A stretch of 64,000 nt of DNA, from contig CBDBZU010000004.1 in assembly GCA_965213625.1 (NCBI GenBank), positions 704,001 to 768,000 of the forward strand. Reading direction: 5' to 3'. A program made the position numbers and the translations under genes. Below the pieces are notes generated by a model, which was not told where the DNA came from, did not search any database, and saw only the letters and a program-made list of their open reading frames with translations. Of this stretch, positions 24,903 through 35,164 are shown in pieces (within the stretch, counting starts at the first letter, position 1; each line of letters opens with the position of its first letter). The DNA is from a bacterium. GTDB lineage: Bacteria; UBA8248.

Positions 24903-24935
24903 ATCCTCACAAAAATGGGCGGGCGGCGCGCGGCC

Positions 24936-25616
24936 TTACATCCTGGGTTCATCCTCGGATCCCCAGAAAAACGGATCGAGCAGCAAGCCCTCCCGCGGAA
25001 TCTGCGCAACGGGCGTGAGCCCCTGTTTGAGTTTCAGGCGATGAATGGTTCGCAAGTGCACGAGCGCCTCCCAGTACAACTGCCGTAGCATGCCCGCCAG
25101 AGTATAGGTGAATTTCGTCTCATCTTCCGCGTCTTGCGAGAGCCCCTCGTCGTGAAACGTAGAGATGTGCATCCAAAAGCGATACACAGGCAGGTCCGTA
25201 TCGCCCATCAGCAACTCAGGCTTGAACGAGCGGGTAATGGCCAGTGCCTTCAATTCATCCGCACTCTTTCCCTCGGCGGCGCGCTCGGCGAAGGCAAGCG
25301 CCTCGTCGAATTTTAGGAGCAAATCATCGAGCTTCCAGTATTTCTCCTCGTCCAGCCTGCGGTCATACTGGTTGGGAGCCGCCTTTGTGAAATCCACCGG
25401 GTCTTCGGGCGGGTTCTCCGGCCAGAGGGTCTTGCCCCACATCTTCACCCACCAGAAGAAATAGGCGAGCGCCACGTGGCTTATCTGCCGCCTGATGCTC
25501 CAGCGCGACCACTCCTCGGACGGGTCCTCCCAATCGAGCTGTGCGTCGGTAAGCCCCTCCACTTCTGTGTGATACATCGCGCGCAACGCCTGAAAATTAG
25601 GGACTCCCTCGCTCAC
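24936..25616 (-). CDS. DinB/YfiT-like protein
   Basis: GLTDAQLDW...WSIRRQISH, and EALVHL.TI helix; GGAG RBS. Confidence 0.6.
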   Translation of the reverse strand: MSEGVPNFQALRAMYHTEVEGLTDAQLDWEDPSEEWSRWSIRRQISHVALAYFFWWVKMWGKTLWPENPPEDPVDFTKAAPNQYDRRLDEEKYWKLDDLLLKFDEALAFAERAAEGKSADELKALAITRSFKPELLMGDTDLPVYRFWMHISTFHDEGLSQDAEDETKFTYTLAGMLRQLYWEALVHLRTIHRLKLKQGLTPVAQIPREGLLLDPFFWGSEDEPRM

Positions 25617-25718
25617 GCCTATCTCCTCCCGAATGAATATCGACTCAATATGAAACCACCCGTTCCCACGCCGTTTTCCATACTCGCCGAACCGGGCGAG
25701 AGGGGCAACGCCCGGGCG

Positions 25719-27266
25719 CTAGAGAATCCTCAAATCCTCCCCCGTCATCTCGGGTGGAGGGGAAATGCCCATCAATCCCAGCAGGGTGGGGGCCACGTCG
25801 CAAAGCGCACCTCCCGATCTGAGCGGACCTTCGAACCCGGGCGCAATGACGATGCAGGGCGTCTCGTTCAGCGTGTGCGCGGTGTGCGGGCAGTCGTTTC
25901 CCGTATCCCACATCGTCTCGCAATTGCCGTGATCCGCCGTCACCACCGCCGCTCCGCCCACTCGCTCAAGAGCACCGAGAACGCGCCCGAGGCATGCATC
26001 CACGAAACCGACTGCCCGGACGGCGGCGCTCTCCACGCCCGTGTGCCCCACCATGTCGGGATTCGCGTAGTTCAGGACGATGGCGTCATCCTCGCCCCGT
26101 TCGATGGCGTCGAGCACCACCTCCGTCACTTCGCCTGCGCTCATCTCGGGCTTGAGATCATAGGTGGCCACCTTGGGCGAGGGAACCATGCGCCGCCGTT
26201 CGCCGGGGGGCGGCTCCTCCTCGCCGCCGTTAAAGAAATACGTGACGTGCGGATATTTCTCCGTCTCGGCGACTCTCATGCACGTCCGCCCCGCGTCGGC
26301 CAGAGCGTGGCAGAACAGGCCCTCCATCCTCAGGGGCGGAAAGGCGACTGGAAGGGTGAAGCGCGAGTCATATTCCGTCATGCAGGCGTAATGAACCGAG
26401 GGCCTGCCGGAGACGTCGAAACCATCGAACCCTTCATCCGTGAAGGCGCGGGTGATTTGCCGCACCCTGTCCGCGCGAAAGTTCATACAGATCACGGCGT
26501 CACCGTCTCGTATCAACCCCGCCGGACGCCCGCCCTCACCCAGCACAACCGGTTCGATGAACTCATCCGTCACCCCCTGCGCATAGGAGGCTTCTATGGC
26601 CTCGGCGGCGCTCCGGGCATGGACCCCTTCTCCCACGACCATGGCCCGGTAGGCGCGCTCGTTTCTCTCCCATCGCCTGTCCCGGTCCATCGCGTAATAG
26701 CGCCCGATGACGGTGGCGAGTTCCGCCCCCGCTTCGCGCCGAAGACTTTCCGCGTAGCGACCCACGAATTCCAGCCCCGAGCGAGGAGGCGTATCCCGCC
26801 CGTCGGTGAAAGCGTGCGCGAAGATACGCTCGATTCCGACTTTTCTCCCCAATCGCGCCAGCGCTACCCCGTGGTCCTGAAGGCTGTGAACGCCGCCGTC
26901 CGAAACGAGGCCGAGGATGTGCAGGGCGCCGCCTTGTTCTCCGGCTTTCCCGATGCAATCAACGAACGGGGGAAGTTCAAAAAATTCACCGCTCTCGATG
27001 GAGTGGTCGATGCGAACGATGTCCTGATCCACCACCCGGCCGGCGCCCAAGTTCAGGTGCCCCACCTCGGAATTGCCCATTTGCCCGTCGGGAAGGCCCA
27101 CGGCGCGCCCCGAAGTGACGAGGCGGGTGTGGGAACGATGAGCAAGCAGGGCATCCATGGTCGGGGTATCGGCCAATGCGACCGCGTTATAAGCGCGATC
27201 AGCTGATAACCCCCATCCATCCAGCACGATAAGCATGACGGGACGAGGGTAGTTCAAGAGGTTCAC
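25719..27266 (-). CDS. gpmI: 2,3-bisphosphoglycerate-independent phosphoglycerate mutase
   Basis: LDGWG, GLPDGQMGNSEVGH.NLGAGR, SDGGVHS, AETEKYPHVT, NPDMVGHTG, TADHGN. Confidence 0.97.
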   Translation of the reverse strand: MNLLNYPRPVMLIVLDGWGLSADRAYNAVALADTPTMDALLAHRSHTRLVTSGRAVGLPDGQMGNSEVGHLNLGAGRVVDQDIVRIDHSIESGEFFELPPFVDCIGKAGEQGGALHILGLVSDGGVHSLQDHGVALARLGRKVGIERIFAHAFTDGRDTPPRSGLEFVGRYAESLRREAGAELATVIGRYYAMDRDRRWERNERAYRAMVVGEGVHARSAAEAIEASYAQGVTDEFIEPVVLGEGGRPAGLIRDGDAVICMNFRADRVRQITRAFTDEGFDGFDVSGRPSVHYACMTEYDSRFTLPVAFPPLRMEGLFCHALADAGRTCMRVAETEKYPHVTYFFNGGEEEPPPGERRRMVPSPKVATYDLKPEMSAGEVTEVVLDAIERGEDDAIVLNYANPDMVGHTGVESAAVRAVGFVDACLGRVLGALERVGGAAVVTADHGNCETMWDTGNDCPHTAHTLNETPCIVIAPGFEGPLRSGGALCDVAPTLLGLMGISPPPEMTGEDLRIL

Positions 27267-27302
27267 AACGACCTTTCCGGAAAAGCGGAGATGCTTTTTC
27301 TG

Positions 27303-28241
27303 TTATCTGGATTCGAAAACGCGGACGAATTGCAGCTTCTTTTTATCCCACCGCCAGAATTCCTCAAACGGGAACCGATCGATTTGTATCTCGTTTTTGT
27401 CTTCCCCGCCCTGGAGGTTGAAAATCCGTTCCTCGTATTTTCTTTCCCCCTTGAGGATGAGAGTAGCCGGATTGCCCGGCCCGTTGAAGCGGAAACGAAC
27501 TTTGGCGCTCAGGTCTTCGCTTCTCTGAACGGACTTGGTGCCCGCATCGTCCAGATACGCCCGCGGCCATCTCAATTCCTCTTGCAAGCGCGCGAACCAG
27601 ACCAGTTCAAAACGACGCTTCCGGGTCGGCCTGATGACCCGTACGGCGTCAGAATTGCGACCGTTCGAACTCTCGCGGACGTTGACTATCAACTCATGCG
27701 ATCCATCCCCTGTGAGATCGGCAATCTGGTAGGTGATCTGCCGTCCACGGCTCAAATCGCTGTAGGAGGCGAGCGGCTTGCGGGCGCTCTTGTCGTCATC
27801 CATCAGACAAAAGGTGATGTAGTGATCCTTGGCGTGATCCGACTGGATGACCATGAGGGTTTCAAGACGCTTATCCGCGTCCATGTTGAGCGGGATGAAA
27901 TCCACCGAAAAGGCGTAATGCTTCAGATGATCGGAGGAGAGATACCAGGGCCATTCGTTTTCCGGCAGCGGGCAGTTCGACAGGGCGTTGAGCTGCACGT
28001 TGGCGTCTGATGAGAATAACTTGCGGACCAGAAGCCAATCCTCCGGTTTCTCCAGCCGCTTGAGATGAACAACAAGTCGGGAGATGCGCCTTTGCTCTAT
28101 CGCCTTGGGTGTCTCCGGCGCTGCCGCAACCGTCTCTCCACTCCCTGCCGAAGCGAGGAAACACACTATCAAGGCCATCCCCATGAGGCCTCTCATCACA
28201 TGCTCCTTAAAGGGCACCACCCTATGAAGCAAAAACAGCAT
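27303..28241 (-). CDS. secreted hypothetical protein with FG-GAP-like DxxxDG loops (start likely ~28196)
   Basis: Signal-like segment; NMDADKRLE and DLTGDGSHELIV loops. Confidence 0.55.
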   Translation of the reverse strand: MLFLLHRVVPFKEHVMRGLMGMALIVCFLASAGSGETVAAAPETPKAIEQRRISRLVVHLKRLEKPEDWLLVRKLFSSDANVQLNALSNCPLPENEWPWYLSSDHLKHYAFSVDFIPLNMDADKRLETLMVIQSDHAKDHYITFCLMDDDKSARKPLASYSDLSRGRQITYQIADLTGDGSHELIVNVRESSNGRNSDAVRVIRPTRKRRFELVWFARLQEELRWPRAYLDDAGTKSVQRSEDLSAKVRFRFNGPGNPATLILKGERKYEERIFNLQGGEDKNEIQIDRFPFEEFWRWDKKKLQFVRVFESR

Positions 28242-28281
28242 GTAATTCTACAATAAAAATGCAAAAAATTCATCTAGTCAT

Positions 28282-29244
28282 TTAGGGCCGCAGCAATATC
28301 TTGACTGTCCCCATTTCACGGGCATTCTCAAATGCCTCCGGCGCATCCCGCAATGCGAAACAACCATGAATCATCGAGGATGTGCGGATCGCGCCCGCCT
28401 CGAGCGCCTGAATCGCAGGTGCGAAAGTCCCGCAGCGCGAGCCCAGAATCGTGATTTCATCCACCACGACCGAGGAAAGGTTCAGGCGAGCCTCAGAAGC
28501 TACCGTGCTCTTGAGCACCAGAACGCCCCGGGGCTTCGATTTCGAAACAGCGAGGGAGAACCCCTCCGCAGAACCCGTGGCCTCGACCACGACGGGCCAT
28601 CTTTCCCCCTCGGAGCAGGCGGCCTGTTCGGGTTCGCTCCAGGTGGGAATTTCCAAAAAGGAGAGCAGCGCCATTTTTTCCGGGTGGCGGCCCAATAGAC
28701 CCACTCTCGCCCCTGCGGCGTGCAGCACCTGGACCTGCAAGAGGCCCAGCCTCCCGTCCCCGATCACCAATACCTCGCGTTCGACGATTTCGGGGAACTG
28801 CTCGATCACCTCGAAACAGGCGGCCAGAGGCTCACAGAAAACAGCCGCCTCATCTTCCACGCTATCAGGAAGGATGTGCAGGTTCCGGCTCGGCAGGCAG
28901 GTGAATTCCGTAAATACCCCGGGGCGGTCGAGAATGCCGAGAACGCTTCTCCCGGGGCAATGCCGCTCCATGCCGCGCGCGCACCAGGAGCAATTCCCGC
29001 AGCCGCAGTTAATCTCGCCCACGACCCTTTGGCCCAATAGCGGGTGCGCCTCCGGCCCCGCCACCTCGCCCACGAACTCATGCCCCAACACGCCCCGGAA
29101 ATTCATGTATCCGCTAATGAGTTCCAGGTCGGTGGCGCAAATACCTGCGAGCCTCACCCGGATGAGGGCTTCATCCACGAGCGGCTCTGGACGCGCAATT
29201 TCCTTGAGAGAGGGGCCGTTCTCCTCCAGGACGTAGGCAAGCAA
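28282..29244 (-). CDS. zinc-dependent alcohol dehydrogenase (MDR)
   Basis: GIC.TD, GHEFVG, CG.C..C......RHC, EPLA, GDGRLG. Confidence 0.92.
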   Translation of the reverse strand: MLAYVLEENGPSLKEIARPEPLVDEALIRVRLAGICATDLELISGYMNFRGVLGHEFVGEVAGPEAHPLLGQRVVGEINCGCGNCSWCARGMERHCPGRSVLGILDRPGVFTEFTCLPSRNLHILPDSVEDEAAVFCEPLAACFEVIEQFPEIVEREVLVIGDGRLGLLQVQVLHAAGARVGLLGRHPEKMALLSFLEIPTWSEPEQAACSEGERWPVVVEATGSAEGFSLAVSKSKPRGVLVLKSTVASEARLNLSSVVVDEITILGSRCGTFAPAIQALEAGAIRTSSMIHGCFALRDAPEAFENAREMGTVKILLRP

Positions 29245-29302
29245 TGGTTGCTCTCTTTTAACTTAAGGGCAGAGCGGGGCGGTTCGATTATTGCGCGGCG
29301 GC

Positions 29303-30037
29303 TCATTCGCGCGATCTGAGAGCTTCTTTCACGCGGCCGACTCCCAGATGTTCGGCGATCACGTCTTCCCGCGCAAGGAGTTCTTCGCTCGTTCCCTCGA
29401 AGGCGACGAAACCTCGGCTCAACACGTAGAAGTAATCGCCGACCTCCAACGCCAGGGAGAGGTTTTGCTCCACCAGTAAAATCGAGAGGCCATGCGTCCG
29501 GGTCTTCATGATTCCGTCCCTGATGGAGCGGACGAGGCTGGGCGCCAGCCCTTCGGTCGGCTCATCGAGGAGAACCAGACGTGGCCGCGCCACCAGGGCG
29601 CGCGCGATCACGAGCATCTGTTGCTCGCCGCCGCTCAAGCTACCCGCCAGTTGCTTCGCGCGCTCTTCGAGGACAGGGAAAAACGCCAGCGCCTCCTGAA
29701 CGCCGTTCGCATCGGAGTGCGGACTTGCCTGCGCGGCGACGCGGATGTTCTCCTCTACGCTCAAGGAACCGAAGGGCCGCCTGTCCTCGGGCACGTAGGC
29801 TACCCCCATGCGGGCGACCCGGTGGGCCGCCATGGCGTCGATGCGCAGCTCCTCGAAGAGGATTTCCCCGGAAGTGGCGGGCACGAGACCCATGATGGAC
29901 TTGAGCGTCGTGCTCTTGCCCGCGCCATTGCGCCCGATGAGGCAGACGATCCGGCCTGTACCCACTTCGAGATTTACGCCGTGGAGAACGTGAGCGGTTC
30001 CGTAGTGAACCTGGAGAGAGGAGACTTTGAGCATCAA
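29303..30037 (-). CDS. branched-chain amino acid-type ABC ATPase (LivF-like)
   Basis: GRNGAGKST, LSGGEQQML, LLDEPTEGLAP, LVEQN. Confidence 0.92.
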   Translation of the reverse strand: MMLKVSSLQVHYGTAHVLHGVNLEVGTGRIVCLIGRNGAGKSTTLKSIMGLVPATSGEILFEELRIDAMAAHRVARMGVAYVPEDRRPFGSLSVEENIRVAAQASPHSDANGVQEALAFFPVLEERAKQLAGSLSGGEQQMLVIARALVARPRLVLLDEPTEGLAPSLVRSIRDGIMKTRTHGLSILLVEQNLSLALEVGDYFYVLSRGFVAFEGTSEELLAREDVIAEHLGVGRVKEALRSRE

Positions 30038-30792
30038 TCCTCCCCCACTTCGACGGCGCCTAAATAGGCGTCCTGCACCTGGGGGTCCCGGCTTATCTGA
30101 TCGGGCGGACCCTGGGCGATCACCCGGCCCTGCGTCATGACGGTGATTTTATCCGAAATCGAGAGAACCACCTCCGTGTCGTGCTCGACCAGGAGGACAC
30201 TCGTGCGGTCCGCAATCTGCCGCACCAGGCCGGCGATGCGCTCGGTCTCCGTGCGGGACATGCCCGCCGTCGGTTCATCGAGCAGCAGGACCTCGGGGTT
30301 GAGCGCAAGCCCAATGGCCACCTCGAGCACGCGCTTGTCTCCGTGTCCCAACTCCTCGGGCCTCAGATGGGCCTTTTCAATCAACCCGACCACCTCCAAT
30401 GATTCCTCCGCGTCCTCTCTGGCCTCCCTGCAGGCGCTCGCCTTGCGGAAAAAATTAAAATTCAGTCCCTCGCGTGAACGCGCAGCGAGTTCGACGTTCT
30501 CGCGCGCGCTCAATTCGCCGAAGACCTGGGTGATCTGAAACGTGCGGACGATCCCCGACTTCACCAGCTTGTGGGAAGGCAGATGCGTCACGTCGTTCCC
30601 GTTCAAAAGCACCTTGCCTGCGTCGGGACGGAGGAATCCGGTGATGCAGTTGAACAAGGTCGTCTTGCCCGCGCCGTTCGGGCCGATGAGCGAATGCACC
30701 TGCCCGGCCTCGATATCCAGGGACACGTCGTTCACGGCATGCAGAGCGCCGAAGGACTTGTGAAGGCCTTCAACTACGAACGCGCTTGCCAT
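30034..30792 (-). CDS. branched-chain amino acid-type ABC ATPase (LivG-like)
   Basis: GPNGAGKTT, RTFQ, LLDEPTAGM, VEHD, VQDAYLG. Confidence 0.92.
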   Translation of the reverse strand: MASAFVVEGLHKSFGALHAVNDVSLDIEAGQVHSLIGPNGAGKTTLFNCITGFLRPDAGKVLLNGNDVTHLPSHKLVKSGIVRTFQITQVFGELSARENVELAARSREGLNFNFFRKASACREAREDAEESLEVVGLIEKAHLRPEELGHGDKRVLEVAIGLALNPEVLLLDEPTAGMSRTETERIAGLVRQIADRTSVLLVEHDTEVVLSISDKITVMTQGRVIAQGPPDQISRDPQVQDAYLGAVEVGED

Positions 30793-31778
30793 AGTCGTCT
30801 CCAGATTTTCTCAGCGACCCCCGCGATTCCCGAGGGCATGAATAAAACGGCGAGCACGAAGGCAAGCCCGAAGGAAAACTGCCACGCACGGTACAACGTC
30901 GTTACTTCATCACGGATGAATATAAAGCCGATCGCCCCGATAATCGGGCCGAACAGCGTGCCGATGCCGCCCAGAATCGTGATGGCCAGTATGTTGCCCG
31001 ACTCGATCCAATAGAGCGACATCGGGTTCGCGCCCGCCTTCAGGAAGACGAAGAGCGTTCCCGCCACGCCGCCCGTCATCCAGGAGAGGATGAGAATCAC
31101 CAACTTGTGCCGCCTCACGTCGATACCGATGGCGGCCGCCCTGTCCTCGTTCGCGCGAATCGCCAGCAGGGTTTTGCCGAAGGGAGATTCCACCACCCTC
31201 CTTAAGAGTAGATAGCAAACGATGAGCGTGACGGCGGTGAGGAGGTATAACTCCTTACCGGGCTCCACCTCCCGGCCGAAGAGCGTGGGCAGCGGAACGC
31301 CGATCAAGCCGTCCAGTCCGCCGGTGAACGAGCGCCACACGACCGATATCTGGAACAAGACCTGGCAGATGCACAGGGTGAGAATGGCGAAAGCGATCCC
31401 CGAGAGGCGGGTCACGACGAGGCCGGTGAGAAACGCCACCGCAGCGGCGGCGAGTATGGCCACGAAAGTCGAGAGGAAAAAATCCGGAGTTACGTTCATG
31501 GCGAAAAGCCCCGCGGCGTAGGTCGCGAAACCGAAACTCGCCGCGTGGCCGAACGAGACAAGCCCCGTGTAACCCACCAGCAAATCGAGGCTCATCGCCC
31601 AGATACCGAAGATCAGGGCCTCGGTGAGCAGGGTGATGAAAAACGGACTGGCGTTCAGGAACGGAACGGCCAGGACCAGGAGCGCGGAGACGGCGAGCAT
31701 CACCCGCGCCGCGACCTCCCGTGAGCGGGTCCTCGAGGCGTCTTCCGCCCGGTATTCGACATCAAGCGATTCGGCCAC
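30774..31778 (-). CDS. ABC permease (LivM-like)
   Basis: DLLVGYTGLVSFGHA, SPFG..L.AIR.NE.RA..IG, ILGG.GT..GP. Confidence 0.9.
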   Translation of the reverse strand: MAESLDVEYRAEDASRTRSREVAARVMLAVSALLVLAVPFLNASPFFITLLTEALIFGIWAMSLDLLVGYTGLVSFGHAASFGFATYAAGLFAMNVTPDFFLSTFVAILAAAAVAFLTGLVVTRLSGIAFAILTLCICQVLFQISVVWRSFTGGLDGLIGVPLPTLFGREVEPGKELYLLTAVTLIVCYLLLRRVVESPFGKTLLAIRANEDRAAAIGIDVRRHKLVILILSWMTGGVAGTLFVFLKAGANPMSLYWIESGNILAITILGGIGTLFGPIIGAIGFIFIRDEVTTLYRAWQFSFGLAFVLAVLFMPSGIAGVAEKIWRRLWQARS

Positions 31779-32628
31779 GACCGAACACTCCTCTGGGCCG
31801 CAGTACCATGATCGCGGCCACGACCAGGAACAAAACCGCGATGGCCCATTCCGCGATGTAGCCCCCGCCGATGGATTTCGCCAGCGCCACGATGAACGCC
31901 CCCACGGCCGTCCCGGGCAAATGCCCGAGTCCGCCCAGGATCACCGCCAGGAACGAGTCGATGATGATGCCCATCCCCATTTCCGGCTCGACGGAGAAAA
32001 TGGGAGCGCCGAGCGCGCCCGCGAAAGCCGCGAACCCCGCAGCGCCCCCGAATATGCTCGTGAGCAACCACCGCGTGTTGATGCCGAGCGCCTCGGCCAT
32101 CTCGCTGTCATCGGTGATGGCGCGAATCTTGAGACCCACAGGCGTGAACTGGATAAAGACGAAGACCAGCCCCGTCACCAGCAACGAGAGCGCCGACGCA
32201 AAGAGCCTGTAGACGGGGAACTGATTGCCGAGGATATCCACCGTGCCCTGGAAGATGACGGGCGGCTTAATCAGGGTCGTCTCGGTGCCCCAGAGATACT
32301 CTATCGCGCCCGTAATCATGAAGGAGAGACCAAACGTCACGAGCAGGGTATAGATTTCGTCACGATGCCGGATGGGGGCGATCGTCAGCCATTCCATCGC
32401 GATGGCCAGGGGCACCACCACCAGCGGGGCGAACACCATCGCCCCCCAGCCCAGCGAGGGCAGGAGGATGATAAAGAAATATCCCCCCAGGGCGTACAAC
32501 ACCCCGTGCGCGAAGTTGACGACTCGGCCCAAGCCGAACACCAGGCTCAGGCCGAGACTCGTCAAAGTCAGGAACGATCCGTAGATGATCCCGTTCAGTG
32601 AATTGACGAACAAGAAATTCCAATCCAT
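31762..32628 (-). CDS. ABC permease (LivH-like)
   Basis: GLSLVFG...VNFAHG, T..G..IRA, ILGG.G, RPRG.FG. Confidence 0.9.
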   Translation of the reverse strand: MDWNFLFVNSLNGIIYGSFLTLTSLGLSLVFGLGRVVNFAHGVLYALGGYFFIILLPSLGWGAMVFAPLVVVPLAIAMEWLTIAPIRHRDEIYTLLVTFGLSFMITGAIEYLWGTETTLIKPPVIFQGTVDILGNQFPVYRLFASALSLLVTGLVFVFIQFTPVGLKIRAITDDSEMAEALGINTRWLLTSIFGGAAGFAAFAGALGAPIFSVEPEMGMGIIIDSFLAVILGGLGHLPGTAVGAFIVALAKSIGGGYIAEWAIAVLFLVVAAIMVLRPRGVFGRGRIA

Positions 32629-32636
32629 CCCAATGG

Positions 32637-33893
32637 CTATTTCTTCAAATTACAGCCGAGCTTCTTCGCCGGCTCGAGTGTCCTGGACGCCGGAAGCGCC
32701 GTGACCGACTGCGCATACATGGCGCCGTACTTCGGTTTCTTAAGCTTCTCGATTTTCCCGAGAATGAGCGGCACCTCCGCCATACGCCCGTCCTTCTGAA
32801 AGCGCATTCTTCCCGCAGGCGCCTCTACGTCGAGCTTCTCGAGCGCCGCGACGATGGCCTTCCCGTCCGTTGAACCCGCCTTCTCGATGGCGTTGAACAG
32901 AAGCTGGGCCGCCGTACCCGCCTGGATGGCCTGCATCCCGGCTACGCGGCCGTGCATCTTGTAGTAGAGCTCGTTGAACTTTTTGGTCGTGGGTATCGTG
33001 TCCTCCAGGCGCCACGCGCTCCACGCGCCCGCCGAGACGATATGAGTCGACAATTCACCCAGCTTGGCGATGAGCCAGTCCGGCAGGCCGATGGGCGCCA
33101 CCAGAGTTGCCTGCTTGGTGAGGCCGAACTCGTTGGCCTGCTGGATGAACTGCACGAGCGGCGTTCCCAGGGTAACGGGAATGACCACCGCCGTCGCGCC
33201 CGACGCGCGGACCTTGGCGATGAACGGCGCCCAGTCCGTGGTGTCCAGCGGCGCGAACGCCTCGCCGACGTAGTTCACGCCCTTGACGATCTTGACCGAG
33301 CGCGCCACCCGGCGGCTCCAGGGATAGTCGTGGCCCATGGTGAACCACTTCCCTTTCTTGAACTTCGGGTTGTCGTTGATGAGCGAGTCCATCGCCACGA
33401 TGGCCATCTGGGGAGTGGGGTTCGTCTGGAACACCCAGTAGTTGCACTTTTCGCCCGTGATGGCGGCCGAGCCGCTGTTCGAGGTGATGATCGGCACGCG
33501 GAGGCGATTCGCCACGGGCAGCAGCGCCAAGGCTTCTAACGTGCTGGTTCCCAGAATCGCCGTGACCTGGTTTTTCTGAACGAGTTTGGTCGCCTTGGTG
33601 ACCGCCACCTGCGCGTTCACCAGGCTGTCCTCCAGAATCAGTTCGACGGGCCGGCCCATGACGTTTCCTTGAATCTTCACGGCCGTCTGGATGCCCGTGG
33701 TAATCTCATCCCCGATGGGCTTGAGCTTTCCGCTCAAAAACGACAGCACCCCGATTTTTAAGGGCGCTTTCTTTGCGGCGAAGGCAGGGGAACTGAAAGC
33801 GGCGATGAAGACGAAAACCGTCACCGTCAACATGACCGCCATGCGGGAAACGCTGAACCAACGCTTACTGGTATACGTCGATCTCGTTGCCAT
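32637..33893 (-). CDS. ABC substrate-binding protein (LivJ/LivK-like)
   Basis: Signal peptide ending AFA, LKIGVL..LSG, GRPVELILED, DYPW; GGAGG RBS before ATG 33893. Confidence 0.88.
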   Translation of the reverse strand: MATRSTYTSKRWFSVSRMAVMLTVTVFVFIAAFSSPAFAAKKAPLKIGVLSFLSGKLKPIGDEITTGIQTAVKIQGNVMGRPVELILEDSLVNAQVAVTKATKLVQKNQVTAILGTSTLEALALLPVANRLRVPIITSNSGSAAITGEKCNYWVFQTNPTPQMAIVAMDSLINDNPKFKKGKWFTMGHDYPWSRRVARSVKIVKGVNYVGEAFAPLDTTDWAPFIAKVRASGATAVVIPVTLGTPLVQFIQQANEFGLTKQATLVAPIGLPDWLIAKLGELSTHIVSAGAWSAWRLEDTIPTTKKFNELYYKMHGRVAGMQAIQAGTAAQLLFNAIEKAGSTDGKAIVAALEKLDVEAPAGRMRFQKDGRMAEVPLILGKIEKLKKPKYGAMYAQSVTALPASRTLEPAKKLGCNLKK

Positions 33894-34267
33894 TACATGA
33901 TCCTCCCTAGCTTCCGATTCCGTGGACTCAGAGTGCGGACGCAGGGATTTGCCCGTTTCCGCACGTACAAGAGAAGAAAGATTGAACCTTTCCCCCGGAT
34001 TTATTCCGGTGCGGTTCACGCAAGCAACATATGGCAAGATATATAGTTTCAATATACAGGAAGCCCTATATCGGCACAACAAGCAAAAACACGGCCCGAG
34101 ACCGTACAAGCGCGGCGCGAGAAAGCTCGATCCAGTCAATGCGCGGGCTGATGAGGTATGAATCAAGCGACGTTTCGGCGTACTCTTCACCCACGACGAA
34201 ACGCAGTCGCCGAAAGCAGGTATGATGCCTCATACGGGTTCGGGCGTTTTTTCAGGAGAGATTCGGT

Positions 34268-35116
34268 TTGCTTCCAAAGTTCATCGTGCTCGCGCTTTTC
34301 GCATCGTTTCTGATCGGCGTGGCGGACTACGTATATGGACGCGCGGTCAGGAACCGCATACTGCCGGGCACGATTACGGCTTCGCAGTCGAGCATCGTCG
34401 TCCCCATCACGTGGATCTGGGCGTATTACGAAGGCAGCTACTCCTGGACGCCCCCCGCCTTCCTGGGAATCGGCGCCGCTTTTTTCACATTCATCGGCTT
34501 TTGGTGCTTCATGAGAAGCGTGGAACTCGGAGAGGCGAGCGCCAGCACGCCCATCTACCGGATGAGTTTCGTCGTCACCGCCATGCTCGCCGTCTTGATT
34601 CTGGATGAATCGATCACGCTTCCCAAAATCTTAGGACTCGTCCTCACCGGCAGCGCCATTTTCCTGTTCTCGGACTTTCACCGGGGGAGTTTCTCCCCCG
34701 ATAGGCTCGCCTCCATCCTTTGGGCCGTCGTGGCGATGGTGGCCGTCGGCCTCGTGAACTTCATCTACAAGCTCGGCGTCTCGGGTGGCGTGGCGCCGAT
34801 CATGTTCTTGCACAGCCAGGCGGTTTTCTTCATTACCATCGCGTTCATCTACTCGTGGGTGGTGCAGGGCGGGCCGAAATTCTCGAAAAAAGGCTGGGCG
34901 CACGGACTCGCGACCGCCACCTGTTTCATTTTCGGGATCACCTCGCTGCTGGCCGCATTCAGGGAGGGTGAGGCCACCATCGTCTCACCGATCTTACAGC
35001 TGAGCTTCATCGTGACCACAATCCTGGCCACCTGGCGGCTGTCGGAAAAGATGACGGTGAGAAAATTGTTGGGGCTGGCCGCCGCGGTGGGAACTATCGT
35101 CGCCTTCACGCAGTAA
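34268..35116 (+). CDS. DMT/EamA family transporter
   Basis: About 10 TM in two repeats, with G.AS..TPI and L.E.IT..K..G motifs. Confidence 0.85.
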   Translation: MLPKFIVLALFASFLIGVADYVYGRAVRNRILPGTITASQSSIVVPITWIWAYYEGSYSWTPPAFLGIGAAFFTFIGFWCFMRSVELGEASASTPIYRMSFVVTAMLAVLILDESITLPKILGLVLTGSAIFLFSDFHRGSFSPDRLASILWAVVAMVAVGLVNFIYKLGVSGGVAPIMFLHSQAVFFITIAFIYSWVVQGGPKFSKKGWAHGLATATCFIFGITSLLAAFREGEATIVSPILQLSFIVTTILATWRLSEKMTVRKLLGLAAAVGTIVAFTQ

Positions 35117-35164
35117 CGCGAAAAGCCGGCGGCTCGTTTATCCAGATGGAGGATGCGCGGGGAT

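Noticed and set aside
25476-27206. 576-aa antisense ORF over gpmI (also 48088..49533, 19821..20903, 52144..53505, 63147..63965)
   Set aside because: Shadow frames typical of high-GC codon usage, with no recognisable motifs.
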